A stretch of 64,000 bases of DNA. It comes from Negaprion brevirostris. Lineage: Eukaryota. Below the pieces are notes generated by a model that saw only the letters and a program-made list of their open reading frames with translations, made no database searches and was not told where the DNA came from. Where the stretch lies: assembly GCA_030324005.1 (NCBI GenBank), contig JARDVH010000128.1, forward strand, positions 11,375,554 to 11,439,553, given 5' to 3'. Made by a program: the position numbers and the translations under genes. Below, piece after piece: positions 1 to 13,600 of this stretch (position 1 is the stretch's first letter; the number at the start of each line of letters is the position of its first letter).

Positions 1-2080
1 ACACCAATAATGTAAAGTGTCATCCCTGTAAGAAGAGAGGCCACTTTAAATCAGTTTGCTACAGCAAACAGCTTTTGATGAAATAATTAATGCAGGAACA
101 GCCAAAGTCATGTACCATCCAGGAAGTTGAAGACATTCAAGATGATAAGAAATCAATAAGAACCATTCTTGGAAGAAGTCAGGGGATCAAATGGAAATGG
201 TTTGCGGACACTATGGTCAAAGGATATAAAACAAACTTCAAGTTGAACAATGAAGCATGAGTTTCAATTCTTGCAGTGACAGGAAAGTGATTAAAACCAG
301 AGATACTTCAGCCATCGACCATAAAACTCCATGATCCAGCAGATATTCAGCTGAAAGTCAAGGGACAGTTGACTGTAAAACTCCAATATAAGGAAAGAGA
401 AATGACAGAAAACTTGTATGTAATTCACAATCAAGAACACTCATTGTTTAGCTGGAAAGATTTATAACTTCTCTTTAAAGGAGATGAATTGGAAAACCTA
501 GAGGAAACCAGACAGAAGAACAGGTGAAGGAACCAAGCGAATATGTGCGGGGCAAGCGGCAAATAACAGCAGATGCATTATCACACATTCCTGTTGGAAA
601 GCCTGAACTATGAACAAAAATCACACTGAGAAGGTAAAATCATATTCATTTATAACATAATTCTGACCAGCAACCATAAGGAAGCTAACTGAAATATGTC
701 ATGCACAGAAAACAGATGGAAAATGTGTAAAATCAGAAAATGTATAAAATCAGAGAATGCGTTCCTAAGAATAATCTAAAACAGTACTGTGAACAATGTG
801 GACATCTCAGTTTTATCGACTAGAGTCCTCAGACTTGAAATCCTTCAAAGAATACACCAGTTGTGCTGGGCATTAAATTCTGTTTGGTGGCAAAGGATTT
901 CAAAATCACCAGGGGACACAATTTTGACTGCATCATCTGTGCAATCCATCAATGCGGGGAGGAATCTTTGATGGTATCATCACTGTCGCCCAGTCTATCG
1001 GAATGTCTTGGAATCGATTTATTCGAGCTCAAGAAGAAAGCATTCCGCAGAGCTGTTGAGTTTCAGATGGAGTAAAGTTGAACATTTTCATGGAACAGGC
1101 TCAGAAGCCATCATCAATGCACTAAACAAACTCTTTGCTACACCTGATATTCCAGATCTTGTAATTTCAGAATGGTCTGTAGTTTGCAAATTAAGGAATT
1201 TATAGAAGACTATGTATTTGTCCACATAACCAATTCACCTAGTTACCCTCAAGTGAGGCCGAGAAAGAATCAAAGGTTTGTTGAAAAAAAATGACAATCT
1301 CAACTTAGCACTGTTGAGCTACAGTTCCACACCACCACAGAATGGATTAACTCCTTCAGAATCACCGGTGGGAAGGAAATTACACACACAATTTCCTATT
1401 TTTCAAATAAGCTAACATCATCCCTAAAAGAGAAAATGAGGAGAAAGATGAGCATCGTGCAAATCAGAGAAAAATTACCTTCAACGCCACAGAGTTCTCA
1501 AAATATCAGATAAACCAAATCTGGATTAGAGACCAGACTAAAGAAGGTCAAGTACTGGAAAAGACACAAATTCTGAGAACTCATCTGGTTCAAAAAGAGA
1601 ATGGGGTAGTGAGAAGAGACAGACGGACCTTCATAGATGACGACCATCAATTGACTGGACTATCATTATGATCAAGAAGACGACCCGAACAAAGAATCAA
1701 TAGTCTCTGAAGATTCGTAAGCCACTCCACATAGTTCAAGCGAGAACAGGCAAAAACTTATCCAATGCAACCTCAATGAGAAATCCGAATGAGGTCAGAG
1801 AGATTGAGAGAAACCGCCACAATGCTGTAAACCAGAAGTGAAGGCAGAGTCTTTGTAGACAGATGTACGTTAATGTANNNNNNNNNNNNNNNNNNNNNNN
1901 NNNNNNNNNNNNGATGTAGTGTTAAATCTGTAAACATATAGCCTGCATCATCTAATGACTGATGACTAAGTGACTAAGCAAGGAGAGAGACAGCACCATG
2001 TAGAGAATACCTTGTAAATAGTCAGCATAATGTGTATTGCTTCTAGAATTATCTGTAAGCCCAAGACCATTACTACCACA
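1..2080 (+). mobile_element. Decayed Ty3/Gypsy LTR retrotransposon (gag knuckle, protease, integrase, candidate 3' LTR about 1915-2080)
   Basis: CHPCKKRGHFKSVC CCHC knuckle at 18-59; degenerate protease motif FKLNNEA near 238; EYVRGKRQITADALS (RNase H end) near 540; integrase remnants SVWW, LGIDLFEL, FVHITNSPSYPQ, LALLSYSSTPPQNGLTPSE..VGRKL, with stops and frameshifts. Confidence 0.85.
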
Positions 2081-2084
2081 TACC

Positions 2085-3148
2085 AAACCAAAGACAGCAA
2101 TAACAGATTTTCAACTTCAGAATTTTCTGCATCACAGGTCGCTTCAGGAATCCTGCTGTTGTGCTTTGGATAATTTATCCCATAATGAAATTTTGGATCA
2201 CATCTGAAACATCTATTAATAATTCCCTGCGCATTCCATGGGTTCACTTGTTTATTGTTACTACTCCAATCCTGTCATCTTCTAGAGATGCCGTAAATGT
2301 CTTCATCCTCATTCCTTTTGTCTATCCTCCTTTTGTTGTACTGATGCCTGTGCCCTGAATCTGAACAACCACAAAAGGCTGTATCATTGAGTCCTCCCTC
2401 CTTTAAGACACTGTGGAATGTCCTATTTTGTGCCATCAAGGCTGCTGAAAATGACTACTTTCTCAGGAATGTTTTTAAAACATCATCCTTCTTTTTCTCT
2501 TTGAGAATCTAACCCCCACTAAGACTGGGAGCCTATCCATGTGCAACACCTTAGCACAGTCTGAAAATTTTAATGTGAACGCTGAACGAGGAATAGATCA
2601 CCTCTCTTTTAAATATTATCCATAAAGCTTAATAGAAATGTAATGTTACTCAGTATCCAACTGACATGCTGCTCGCTTGCAAAATACTTTGCTTCTAACT
2701 TTTTGTTAGGAAGTGACAATGCCAAGACTCGACCTTGTTTTCTCTTCAGTAAGGACGTAACCTGTGTCCATGTACTTTTCCATTCCTCTAAGTTCAGATT
2801 CAGAGACCATCGTTGGGTAATCGTTCCTGACAATTATACTTGGTTTCAGCCATTCTTCACAGAAGAAATTCAGATTACAATTTTCTCTAGAAATTTTTTT
2901 TTTTGATTCAAATCTTCTCCTTTAGGCAACCATTTTGTACTGCCGTGTTAAATTGCCTGAGCCAGGTGGTGAATAATGAAAATAGACACCAATCCTTTTC
3001 TTGGTGAGTTTATTTACAGAATGCAGCACTACATATGCCTGCCTTCTGCCTACCACTCCCTCCATTTCCTAGCTGTCTCTGTTTAGAAGTCATCAAAGGA
3101 ACTGGCCATATATAATCCTACAATGAAACTAGCTGGCATACAATAACA
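2085..3148 (-). mobile_element. Ty1/Copia (GalEa-like) remnant: 5' LTR 2946-3148, PBS 2928-2945, decayed gag
   Basis: LTR with TGTTA...TAACA ends and AATAAA; adjacent CGGCAGTACAAAATGGTT resembles the tRNA-iMet PBS TGGTAGCAGAGGATGGTT (12/18); gag remnants WTQVTSLLKRKQGRVLALSLP, FSDCAKVLHMDRLPVLVGVRFS and decayed knuckle RCFRCDPKFHY. Confidence 0.7.
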
Positions 3149-3207
3149 TTTCAGCAAGTTATGTACAGAAGAGTAAGATGAGGATGTAAATGTTGATAAC
3201 ATCTGGA

Positions 3208-3836
3208 TGTTATGAGCCTACAGATCTTAACTTTCCTTCAAAGGGAGATGTGAAGCTCATGTAATATTAAGCACTTTCTCCAAATTAAGATTGAAAAGAA
3301 ACAAATCAGAGAACAACTGTTCAGTTCTCATCTCATCTCCGTCAGACATATGGTATAAGGGGACTCCAAAACATGCCACAGAGTTCAGACAGTTAGGGAA
3401 AGGCAAACAATACTTCAGTAAACTGTGGAATGGTTCAATGATTAAGCAGCCTTAGGAGAATGGGAAATAGTTACAATAAATGTGCAGGTTAATGCTGTTA
3501 TGTATTGGAGAGTCAAACAATCAGNNNNNNNNNNCTTTGAATGCAAGCTCCACATGTTGAAAAGACTGTAAATGTTGCAAACAATAATTGGTTTCTCAAG
3601 ATATGACTCAGTAATTATTTTAGAAGTATCATGAAAAAAGCAGAAAAAAAGTCTGCCTTGTTCCTTGCAAAAAGCAGTACAAACCTACCTTAAACCTTAA
3701 GTATAGAAGTAGAGTTGGCAATGATTCATCTTCCTAATTGTCAGGTACATATCTCCTACAGATAACAATTTAGTTCTAAACTTGGCAATTCATCAACAGT
3801 ATATTGTTTAGGAATCAATTTATCACTATTGTAACA
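3208..3836. mobile_element. Possible solo LTR
   Basis: TGTTA...TAACA inverted termini around about 630 bp of non-coding sequence; no clear TSD. Confidence 0.3.
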
Positions 3837-4009
3837 GAAGAAGAAAATAATGAAGCAGGTATTATATTAACAGCCTTGAGATAAAGTCTAGTGCATCTCA
3901 AATGTGATAACCCCGAGACCAATTCAGCAGTGACTCTTTGATACATTGACTGAGAGATAATATCTGGATAGAAAGTCTCACCTCAGCTCTGGAATGCAGG
4001 TCTTTTGTT

Positions 4010-5261
4010 CATGTTTGAACCAAGGCTGTAATGGGGTCAGGAACTGAGTAGCCCAGGCAGAACCCAAACTCAGCATCAGTGAGCACTTTATTGATAAGCA
4101 AGGATTGTTTAAATTGAACTGTTCATCACTTCTTTCCATCATTTTATTGATGATTGAAAGTAGACTGATGAGGTGGTATTTAGCTGGGTTGTAATTTGTC
4201 CTGCTTGTTGTGTAGAGGACATACCTGCATAATTTTCCACATTTCCAGGCAGATGCTAGTGTTGTAGATGTACCGGAACAGCTTGGCTAAGGGCATGGCA
4301 AGTTCTGGAGCACAAACCTTCCTATTGCTGGAATATTGGCAGAGTCCACAGCGCCTCATGGATGCCCTGTCTAGAGTTGCTAGATCAGTTCAAAGTCTAT
4401 CCCACTTAGTGCAGTGGTAGTGTCACACAATGTGGTGGAAGGTATCCTAAACGTCAGGATAGGATTTCGTCTCCACAAGGACTGTTTGGTGGTCACTCCT
4501 ACCAATACCATCATGGGTGGATGCATCTGCGGCAGACTAGGTTGTTGAGGTTGATGACTCCAAGGCAATTCTCTCCCAACTGTAAACAGTGCTGCCACCT
4601 CTGCTGGGTTTGTCCTGCCAGTGGGACATGACTCGTAATGATGGTGTCTGAGACATTGGTATAATTCTGTCACTATGACTATGTCAGGCTGTTGCTTCCC
4701 TAGTCTTTGAGACAGCTCTCCCAATTTTGGCACAGGCCCCCAGATGTTACTGAGGAAGCCTCTGTAGGGTCGATAGGACTGCATTTGTCATTGTTNNNNN
4801 NNNNNNNNNNNNNNNNNNNNNNNNNNNNNNNNNNNNNNNNNNNNNNNNNNNNNNNNNNNNNNNNNNNNNNNNNNNNNNNNNNNNNNNNNNNNNNNGTTTC
4901 TGGTGCCTAACTCGATACAGGATGGTCCAGCTGGTTTCATTCCTTTTTGTAGATTTTGTAGTGGTTGGATAGAAATGAGTGGCTTGCTGGGCCATTTCAG
5001 AAGAGTCACCCACATTACTGTGTGTCTGGAATCACATGTAGACCAGTCCACAGAAGGACACCAGGTTTCCTTCTCTGAAGGACATTGATGAACCAAATGG
5101 GCTTTTATGACAAGCGACACTGGTTTCAGGCTGATCATTTTAATTCAAGATTTTATATTTGAATTGAAATTCCACCACCAGCCACGGGTCCACAGAGGAT
5201 TGCTCTGGGTCTCTGGATTACTAAGTCCAGTGATAATACCACAATGGCACCCACCTCCCCC
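4010..5261 (-). mobile_element. ORF1-less CR1-clade (Zenon-like) LINE, internally deleted, with tRNA-derived 5' head at about 4975-5261
   Basis: AP-endonuclease N-terminus NIWGPVPKLGELSQRLGKQQPDIVIVTE; colinear with the copy at 10670-13952. Confidence 0.75.
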
Positions 5262-5284
5262 AGTTGATTCAACATGGTTTCCTT

Positions 5285-6260
5285 TTCATAAAACATGTTG
5301 ACTTTGCCTGGTTGCTTTCAATTTTTTCCTATGACAAATGTTAAGCTGACTAATCTGTAGTTTCCTGCTTTCTGTCACCCTCCTTTTTTCAATAAAGAGG
5401 TTACATTTGCTATTATCCAATTTAATGGCATCTTTCATGGATCCAGGAAATTCTGGAAAATTAATACCAATGCATCAACTATTTCATTAGCTGCTTCTTT
5501 TAAGACCCTCGGATAACGTCCATCTCAACTTAGGGATTTGTCAGCCCGCAGCTCCAACAGTTTACTCCATAAATTTACTTAAGAAGTCCCTGACAATTGT
5601 AATTTTCCTGAGTCCTCCCTCCCTTCCATTCCTAATTTACAGCCTTTTATGGAAATTACTTTTATCCAGTATGATGATGACCAATGTCAAATACCTGTTT
5701 AATTTATCTGCCATCTCTTACTTCTCATTGTTAACTCTCCAGATTCACTTTCTATAGGACCAACACTCACTTCAGTGATTTTTTTCTCATTTAAGTATTT
5801 ATAGAAACTCTTAATTCTAATTAGCTTTCTCTTGTACCTTAATTTTTCCCTTCTTCTTACACTCTGTTCTTTACATTCTGTGTACTCTTCTGATATGGCA
5901 CCTGTCTTTGCACAATTATGTTTTTTTTTTCAATTTCATACTACCTATAACTTTTTTAGTTAACCACAGATGGTGACTCTTTCCTTTGAGATCTTCCCTT
6001 CTTGTTGGAATTTTTTTTTGTATATTCTGAAGTATCCCTTTTAATATTTGCCACTGTATCACTATTGACCTATCCCTTATGCTCATTTGTCTATTCGCTT
6101 GAGCTAGTTCTGCTTTCATTTCCTTATAATTGCCCTTATAGAAGTTTAAAATACTAGTCTTGGAACTAATCTCCTCTCCCTCCAATTGAAGGTAAAATTC
6201 AATCATATTATGATCATGGCGACCCAGAGGTGCCTTAAATCTGAAGTTATCAATTAATAT
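5285..6260 (-). mobile_element. CR1 LINE ORF2 fragment
   Basis: ILNFYKGNYKEMKAELAQANRQ..QWQILKGILQNIQKKIP linker typical of vertebrate CR1 ORF2. Confidence 0.8.
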
Positions 6261-6970
6261 CTTGTTGCTTTATCTTAATTTCTTTCAGGGATCCTAATAC
6301 ATTTTACTTATGATCTCCAGGCTTACGTATTGTGTAAGCTAATTTCCACCTGTCCTTTTTTTCTGCGCTGGCAGGAGGAAGTAAATTCACTACTACTTTA
6401 ACAAGGATGTTTCAGTATGATGCTGAAGGAAGGCATGGCATTTCTGAAAGTGGCTACATGGGCGAGAGGCAGAATAATAGTTCTTCTTTCTAAAGGCAAC
6501 ATAATACAGTGAAATATCACAGTCAAATAATGTAGGTGACATATGACGAACTGGCCAAGCGCCACTATATTCGATTGTGCATTTACCTTCTAACTCTATT
6601 GTTAACACCAGAATCAGAAGTTACTATTTTTTCCTGGGTATGGATAGACTGAGTAATCCAGCCCAACTTTATAGGTCTAGTCATGTCATTTACCAGTATT
6701 TCCTGAGATACTGACAGAATTCACCTGACAAGAAATTAAGTATGACTTCCAAACAACTATGCAACTATAAAGAAGGTTATTGCCCTATGTGTAACAATCC
6801 TGTAATCCACTGTGTAAATACCAGGGGCATAAAGACCATTTGCAGTGTTTCCATGGATTATCGGAGTACCATGGAGATTTCAATAATAATTATATTTGCA
6901 TAATACGATTACTGTATATCACTTTGATAAAGGCTCTGAATATTGTATAAAGAGTAATTCATTCTCTTAC

Positions 6971-7157
6971 CGGCCTGATGTGTCCTTCCCGCAACTGGGT
7001 CACTCTTGGGTCCATCCCCAGCAGCATTGAATGCTGACACACTGACCATATACACAGTATAGCTGGTCAGGTTTTTAAGTCTGATGGTGTTCTCTGGGAG
7101 GAAGAGGATCTTCATCTTCTGTGTTTCATTCTGGTCCTGCAGCTCCCAGTAATGAAT
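6971..7157 (-). CDS. SDK1: Sidekick-1 coding exon (last in window; gene continues past base 1)
   Basis: ttacag|ATT CAT ... GCC G|gtaaga; 187 nt, phase 0-1; IHYWELQDQNETQKMKILFLPENTIRLKNLTSYTVYMVSVSAFNAAGDGPKSDPVAGRTHQA; NETxKMK and GDGPKSDP..GRTHQA are SDK1-like rather than SDK2-like. Confidence 0.94.
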
Positions 7158-8122
7158 CTGTAAATGAGTTATTCACAGTTTTTATAAAAGATGAATAATG
7201 GTAAGATGGAACAATAATAGAAATATTCAATATTATATGTAATACTTATAAAATATAAAGTGAAGATTCATGCTGATTCAAACATGCATCCTAAACTAGT
7301 CAATTTTTTGTCCTGCTTGATTCTTTTCTGTAGTACAAGATGCTAGTTATCCTCAGCAATTGCCCATGTGTCCATTTTTCATCTGTCAGGTTAGACACAG
7401 GTTGTTTCATCATGAAGGATCAGTGCCGAGTCCTGTTGTATCCAGTACTCTAGGTGTGATCTCATCAATGCCCTATACAGTTGTTGCAGGACTTCCCGAC
7501 TTTTGTACTCCAACCTCCTTATAATAAAGGCCAACATTCCATGTGTCTTTCTACTTATTTGTACCTGCATGGTGACTTTTTAATGTGTCATGTAAAAGGA
7601 TTAAGGATTGGGTTTTTAATGGTGTACTGTTTTTATAATTACTGAATGTCAAATTATATATGATTTTATACATCTTTTTAAAAATAATTCTTTTTCAAGT
7701 TTATTATATTTTAGCTTCTATCTTAATCCAATCATAGTCACCTATTTCAACACCTGAAAATTTAAATTAAAAGTGAAGGATAATCAATTGAACAGTATTG
7801 TCCACTGGCTTGATATGGATTGATTTAGCATCAAGACAACTCATGTGATCGTTAATAAAGCGCCTCACTGTAGAAGTCTGGATAAAACTCTTTGGTCATT
7901 GGGGAAAATCTGATTATTACAAATGAAAATGATCAATTCTGATTTTTCCTTGTTACTGCGGAATTTGTCAGAAGTGCAAATTAACCAATTTCCACAGAAC
8001 CCAAGTGTCAGAAAAGCAACTCTGGAATGTAAAGGAGCATCACTGGGGTGTTCTCTGCAAGTATAACATTGATTTTATAACACTCAGAGGGACCTCACCA
8101 AAGCCATTAAATCTAAATTTAC

Positions 8123-8238
8123 CTTGTAACCCTGTATCTTGCCATTCTGTGACTCTACTGGGGGAGGATCCCATGTAATTTCCAATTGAGTTGCTGTGAG
8201 AGGATGTACCTTTACATTCTGAGGACCTTTTGTAGGAA
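8123..8238 (-). CDS. SDK1: Sidekick-1 coding exon, start of an FN3 domain
   Basis: caccag|TT CCT ... TAC AAG|gtaaat; 116 nt, phase 1-0; (V)[38 protein letters not shown]. Confidence 0.94.
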
Positions 8239-8340
8239 CTGGTGGGGAAACAATACAGAGATTCAGTGATGGTCAAATAAAGCAAATAAAAGGCCAAAAG
8301 AAAAGCAAAATAGTTGTCCCTCTTGCCATCATTTGCTTAC

Positions 8341-8442
8341 CTGCTTCTCCAACATAGACCTCTTTAGGGCTGCTGGCAGGACTCTCACCCACTACATTAA
8401 AGGTTTTCATTAGGATTTCATATCTTGTATATTTCTTCAGTT
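8341..8442 (-). CDS. SDK1: Sidekick-1 coding exon, C-terminal half of an FN3 domain
   Basis: ctgtag|AA CTG ... GCA G|gtaagc; 102 nt, phase 1-1; (Q)LKKYTRYEILMKTFNVVGESPASSPKEVYVGEA. Confidence 0.94.
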
Positions 8443-10669
8443 CTACAGAGTAAAAAAATGCAAAATCTTTGCTACATATTTCAAATAAGCATAATTATAA
8501 AATTAGCCTTGACATGTAATTGTCATGAAAGTTTTTTATCAAAGTAGAACAATGCTCTGAAAAAAGGAGGAAATAAGAAAGTGAGAAAAATTCTTTCAGA
8601 AAAAAAAGTCACCATTTTTCTGGTGATTTCTAGTCATGTTGGATCTCCTGTCCTGAAAAGACATGTTCAGTTGATTATATGCATGAGCCTGTCTTCTTGC
8701 ACACTTCACTCCGCAGTTATCACTGAGCAGAGTGAAGTGTAGCATTCTTAATGTTTCTCAACCAATCCTGTCACTCAAGTTTAACTAAATCTCAGTAGTT
8801 GCCAGTACTCCAAATCTGTCAAAGCCCTGCATATTTCTCCCATTTAAACGGTTTGTATACTTCCAAAAAAACTGCGATGTTTGCTAAATTGAGAGGCAAC
8901 ATTGCACAATGCAGTGCTTCCAACCAAGATCTGCAGTGACATATACTTACATTAAAATGTTTTGTGTTTGCGGCAGGTTATTCATAATCACATACATTTA
9001 AAATATGAAGAATGTATTTGAATACTTCTGGATTTGTACATAATATGGCATAAATATTTGTATAGATTTTCATTTGCATGTTAGGCTCAGTAATGTATAC
9101 ACACGTGCAAGTATAGGAAATTTTGATACATATGCTGTTTAAGATATAGCAAAATACTAATTGTGGCATCAGTAAAAGTATAAAAGTGAAGGGCAGTTTC
9201 TCCCTCACACAAGGGGTGATCTGATAAACAGGCTGACCAAGATTCCTCATAAAAAATGTTGCTTCAGCAGGCTGACAAGAGGATTGGCAGGGGCATTGAC
9301 ATTGTCAGGGCATGTTGACATGCCACATCATTGTAACTGCACAGTGAAAAGCAAAGGATGTAAGAAATGGGTATGGTTGTATAATGGTTTACTGTGGGAG
9401 ACGTGTTGAAAACATAATTTCCATTTAATTAAATTTAACATTCTTTTTCTTCCTTTGATTTTAATGTTTACCTACCCAGTCAAATGACCTATACAAAAAA
9501 AAACAATCAATTAAAATAACTATCAAATCTATTTAATTATGTTTTAACATGATTTGCTTATTTCTTTGAATAGAGCTAAGCAGGTAGCTGGCTCATTGCA
9601 CAGAAATAATTTTAAAAATCTGATGGCTTGCAATGTCTGAGGAAAGAACAAAGGAGGGAAAGAAGAAATATTTCAATATAATTGCACAATTAAGCTGTGA
9701 AGTTTATTACCTTGCTCTGCCTCTTTCAAAAGCAATGGGTGGAAATGAAGTTAGCTGGTAGCAACAGGAGATAAGGAAAGGAGAGAAATAAGGGAATTAG
9801 TGTCATAGGCTCAGGACCATAGGCCTGGATTTTCACTGAGTCAGGGACATGGGGACCCTTTAAAAGGACAGGGGGTACTGCTTTTGACATTTTGAGCCCC
9901 AATTCCCAGGTTGTCTAATTTTCTTCAAATGGTGTGGCTGGTTCCTGCCAAAGGCTTGACCCAGCACTTCCAACCTTGCCAGTTCCATCACTGAGACGTA
10001 TGAGTCCTACTGATCCACAATTTTTATGGAATTGGGCTAGATATTTAAAAGGTCATGGTTCACGACCCCAGAGATGCGTGCTTGAGAGGACCTTTTAAAA
10101 GGTAAGTTCATATGGTCTTCGTCATGTATCCCATGCCAGGTTATGTTCCTCATGCAACCATGTCCTCTTATGCCTCCATTCCAAGCTACGCCCTTCCACT
10201 CACCCCCTATAGCCCTTAATGCTAAACTAATTCCATGCCCATTAACCCACTATACATTGCATAGAATCTATGCACCCTATAGTGACAGGATGTGTAAGAA
10301 TGCTTTCAGAAGTAATTCATTCATAACTTTCTACTATATTGAAAAACTCAAAGGCAATGAGTGTGTCAATCATCCAGACCCTTCAAAGTATTAATAATAA
10401 AATCTCCAAGCCCTTGAAATCATTTAACTTTGTGTAAGTAAACATTGTGAAATTGACCACGGAGACCACTTGAGCTGACAATCAAGCAATGTTTTCTCTG
10501 GGATGTGCTGTTTCAACAACAGTATTGATGGTCTGAACTTTCAGCTACTTATACATAATTAGGCATTACTGACAACACTTGTTGTTGAAACACCAATGCT
10601 CCAGAAAGAAACATAAATTACTTTTAAAAGCAATTTTTAAAAAATCCTATTGTACTCATATTACTATTT

Positions 10670-13600
10670 GGTCTTGGATTGTTGGTGCCGCTACCGCAGT
10701 CCATGTGGTGCAGGCGCACCAACAGTGCTATTAGAAAGGGAGTTCCAGGATTATGGTCCAACAGCAATGAAGCAGCAACCGCATAGATCCAAATCAGGGT
10801 GGAGTATGACTTGGAAGAGAATTTGAGAGGTTGTGGTGTTCCAATGTATTGCGGCCCTTGACCTTTAAGGTGGTAGAGCTCACTGATTTAGAAGATGCTA
10901 TCAAAAGGGCCCTGCTGCTGCTGGGCATCTTGTAGATGATACGAACTGCTATCACTGTGCATCGGTGGTGGAGGGAGTGAATGATTCAGGTGGTGGATGT
11001 GGCGCCAATAAAGCAGGCTGCTTTGTCCTTGATAGTGTCAAACTTCTTGAGTGTTGAAGGAGCTGGACTTATCTGGGCAAATGGACAGTATTCCATCACA
11101 ATCCTGACTTGTGGCTTGTAGATGGAAAAACAGTCTTTGGGGAGTCAGGAGGTGGGTTACTCTCCACAGAATTCCCAGATTCTAATTTGTTCTTGCAGCC
11201 ACAGTATTTATATGGCTGGTTCAGTTCAAGCTCTGGTCAATGGTAACCCCTAGGATGTTGATAATTCAGCAATGGAAATGCCACTAAATATCAAGGGGAA
11301 ATAATTAGATTCTCTCTTGCTGGAGATGGCCATTGCCTGGCATTTGTGTGTCGTGAATGTCACTTGCCACTTATCAGCCCAAACCTGAATATTATCTCGG
11401 TCTTGCTGCATATGAACATGGACCGTTTCAGTGTCTGAAGAGTCATAAATGGTGCTGAGCATTATGCAATCATCTGCCAACATCTATATTTCTGACCTCT
11501 TGATAGAGGGAAGGTCATTAATGAAACAGCTGAAGATGACTGGGCCTAGGACACAACGGCTGTGGTTGTTGGAAGTCAAGCATCCCAGGACTGAGATGCT
11601 TAATCTCCAATAACCATAACTATTTTCCTTTGTGCTATGTATGACTACAACCAGTGGAGAGTTTACCCCTAGATTCCCTTTGACTTCAGTTTTGCTCAGA
11701 CTCCTTGATATCAAGGGCAGTCACCCTCACCTCACCTCTTAAGTTCAGCTCTTTAGTCCATGTTTAAACAAAGGTTGCAACGAAGTCAGGAGCTGAGTGT
11801 TCCCAGTGGAACTCAAACTGAGTTAGTTATTGCTGAGTCAATGCACTGGTTATTCCTGAGTAAATGGTGCTTAATAGCAGTCAATGACATCTTTGATCAC
11901 CCTGCTGAAGATTGAGAGTAGACTAATGAAGCGGTAATTAGCTGGATTGGATTTGTCCTGCTTTTTGAGTACAGGACAAACCTGGGCAATTTTCCACTTT
12001 GCTGTGTAGATGCCAGTGATGTAACTGTAATGGAACAGCTTGGCTGGGGCATGGTTAGTTCTGGAGCAGAAGTCTGCAGTCTTAGTGCCAGAATGTTGTA
12101 AGGGCCCATAGCCTTTGCCATATCCAATGGCTTTAGCCATTTATTGCTATCATGTGAAATGAATCAAATTGGCTGAAGAACTGACATCTGTTATGCTGGA
12201 GATCTTAGGAAGAGGCTACAAATGCTTCAGTCTTGTCTTTTGCAGGCTTTGTGCTGATCTTTCCCATCATTGAGAATGGGGATATTTTTCCAGTTAGTTA
12301 TTTACTTGTCCACCATGATTTACAACTGGATATGACAGAGCAGCAAAGCATAGATCTGATCAATTGGTTGTAGGAGTTCTTGGCTCTGTCATTTGCCTGC
12401 TGTATCTGCTATTTAGCATGCAAGAGGTCCTGTGTTGTGGCTTCATCACGTTGACACCTCATTTTTAGATATGCCTTCTTAACCAGGTAATTCATGGCTT
12501 AATGGTAATGGTAGCATGAATAGGTTGGGCCATGAGGTTACAGATTGTGGTTGTATACAATTCTGCTGCTGATGGTGGCCCACAGCATTTCATGGATGTC
12601 CAACTTTGAGTTGCTAGATCTGTCTCAAATCTAACCTATTTAAAATGATGATAATGCCACACATGATGGAGGGTATCCTCAATGTGAAAACAGTACTTTG
12701 TTTCCACAAGAACTGTGTTGTTGTCACTCCTATTAATACTGTCATTGGCTGATGCATCTGTGATGAGTAGATTGATGAGAACAAGATTAAGTAAAATTTT
12801 CCCTGTTATTGGCTCTCATATCAACTCCCAAAGTCCCAGTTTAGCAGCTATGTCTTTTAGCACTTGGTCAGCTTAGTCAGTAGCGGTGTTACTGAGCTTG
12901 GTGAAAGACATTGAAGTGCCCCCTTGGACACCATCAATTTTAGCCCCGGTTGTTAGAAAGGACTTTGCGGGGTTGACAGGGCTGGGCATGTCAATGTTGT
13001 TTCCAGTTCCGAGGTTGATGACAGGTGGTCCACCAGGTTTCACTCCTTTTGGATTTTGATTTGATTTATTATGGTCACATGAACTAATATACAGTGAAAA
13101 CTATTGTTTCTTGCATGCTGCACTGCCAAAGCATACCGTACAGAGAGAAGGAAACGAGAGAGCATAGAATGTAGTGTTACAATCATAGCTAGGGTGTAGA
13201 GAAAAATGAACTTAATGCGAGGTAGGTCCATTCAAAAGTCTGATGGCAGCAGGAAAGAANNNNNNNNNNNNNNNNNNNNNNNNNNNNNNNNNNNNNNNNN
13301 NNNNNNNNNNNNNNNNNNNNNNNNNNNNNNNNNNNNNNNNNNNNNNNNNNNNNNNNNNNNNNNNNNNNNNNNNNNNNNNNNNNNNNNNNNNNNNNNNNNN
13401 NNNNNNNNNNNNNNNNNNNNNNTTCTGGGATGGATGGCATGTTCTCGCTGACCTTTTGCTCAAAACGGGCATATAATGCATTGATCTCATCAGGGAGAGT
13501 TGCTTTGGAACTGGTGATTTTATCTGACTTCATCTTGTAGCTTTTTATGTCTTGCAGACCATGCCATAGTTGGCTAGAATCCAGTTGGCTAGCCTGGGAT

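Noticed and set aside
1-6970. Next SDK1 exon (expected to begin like APGAPSF..SEIT)
   Set aside because: I found no matching peptide with splice sites on the minus strand; it probably lies beyond the window start.
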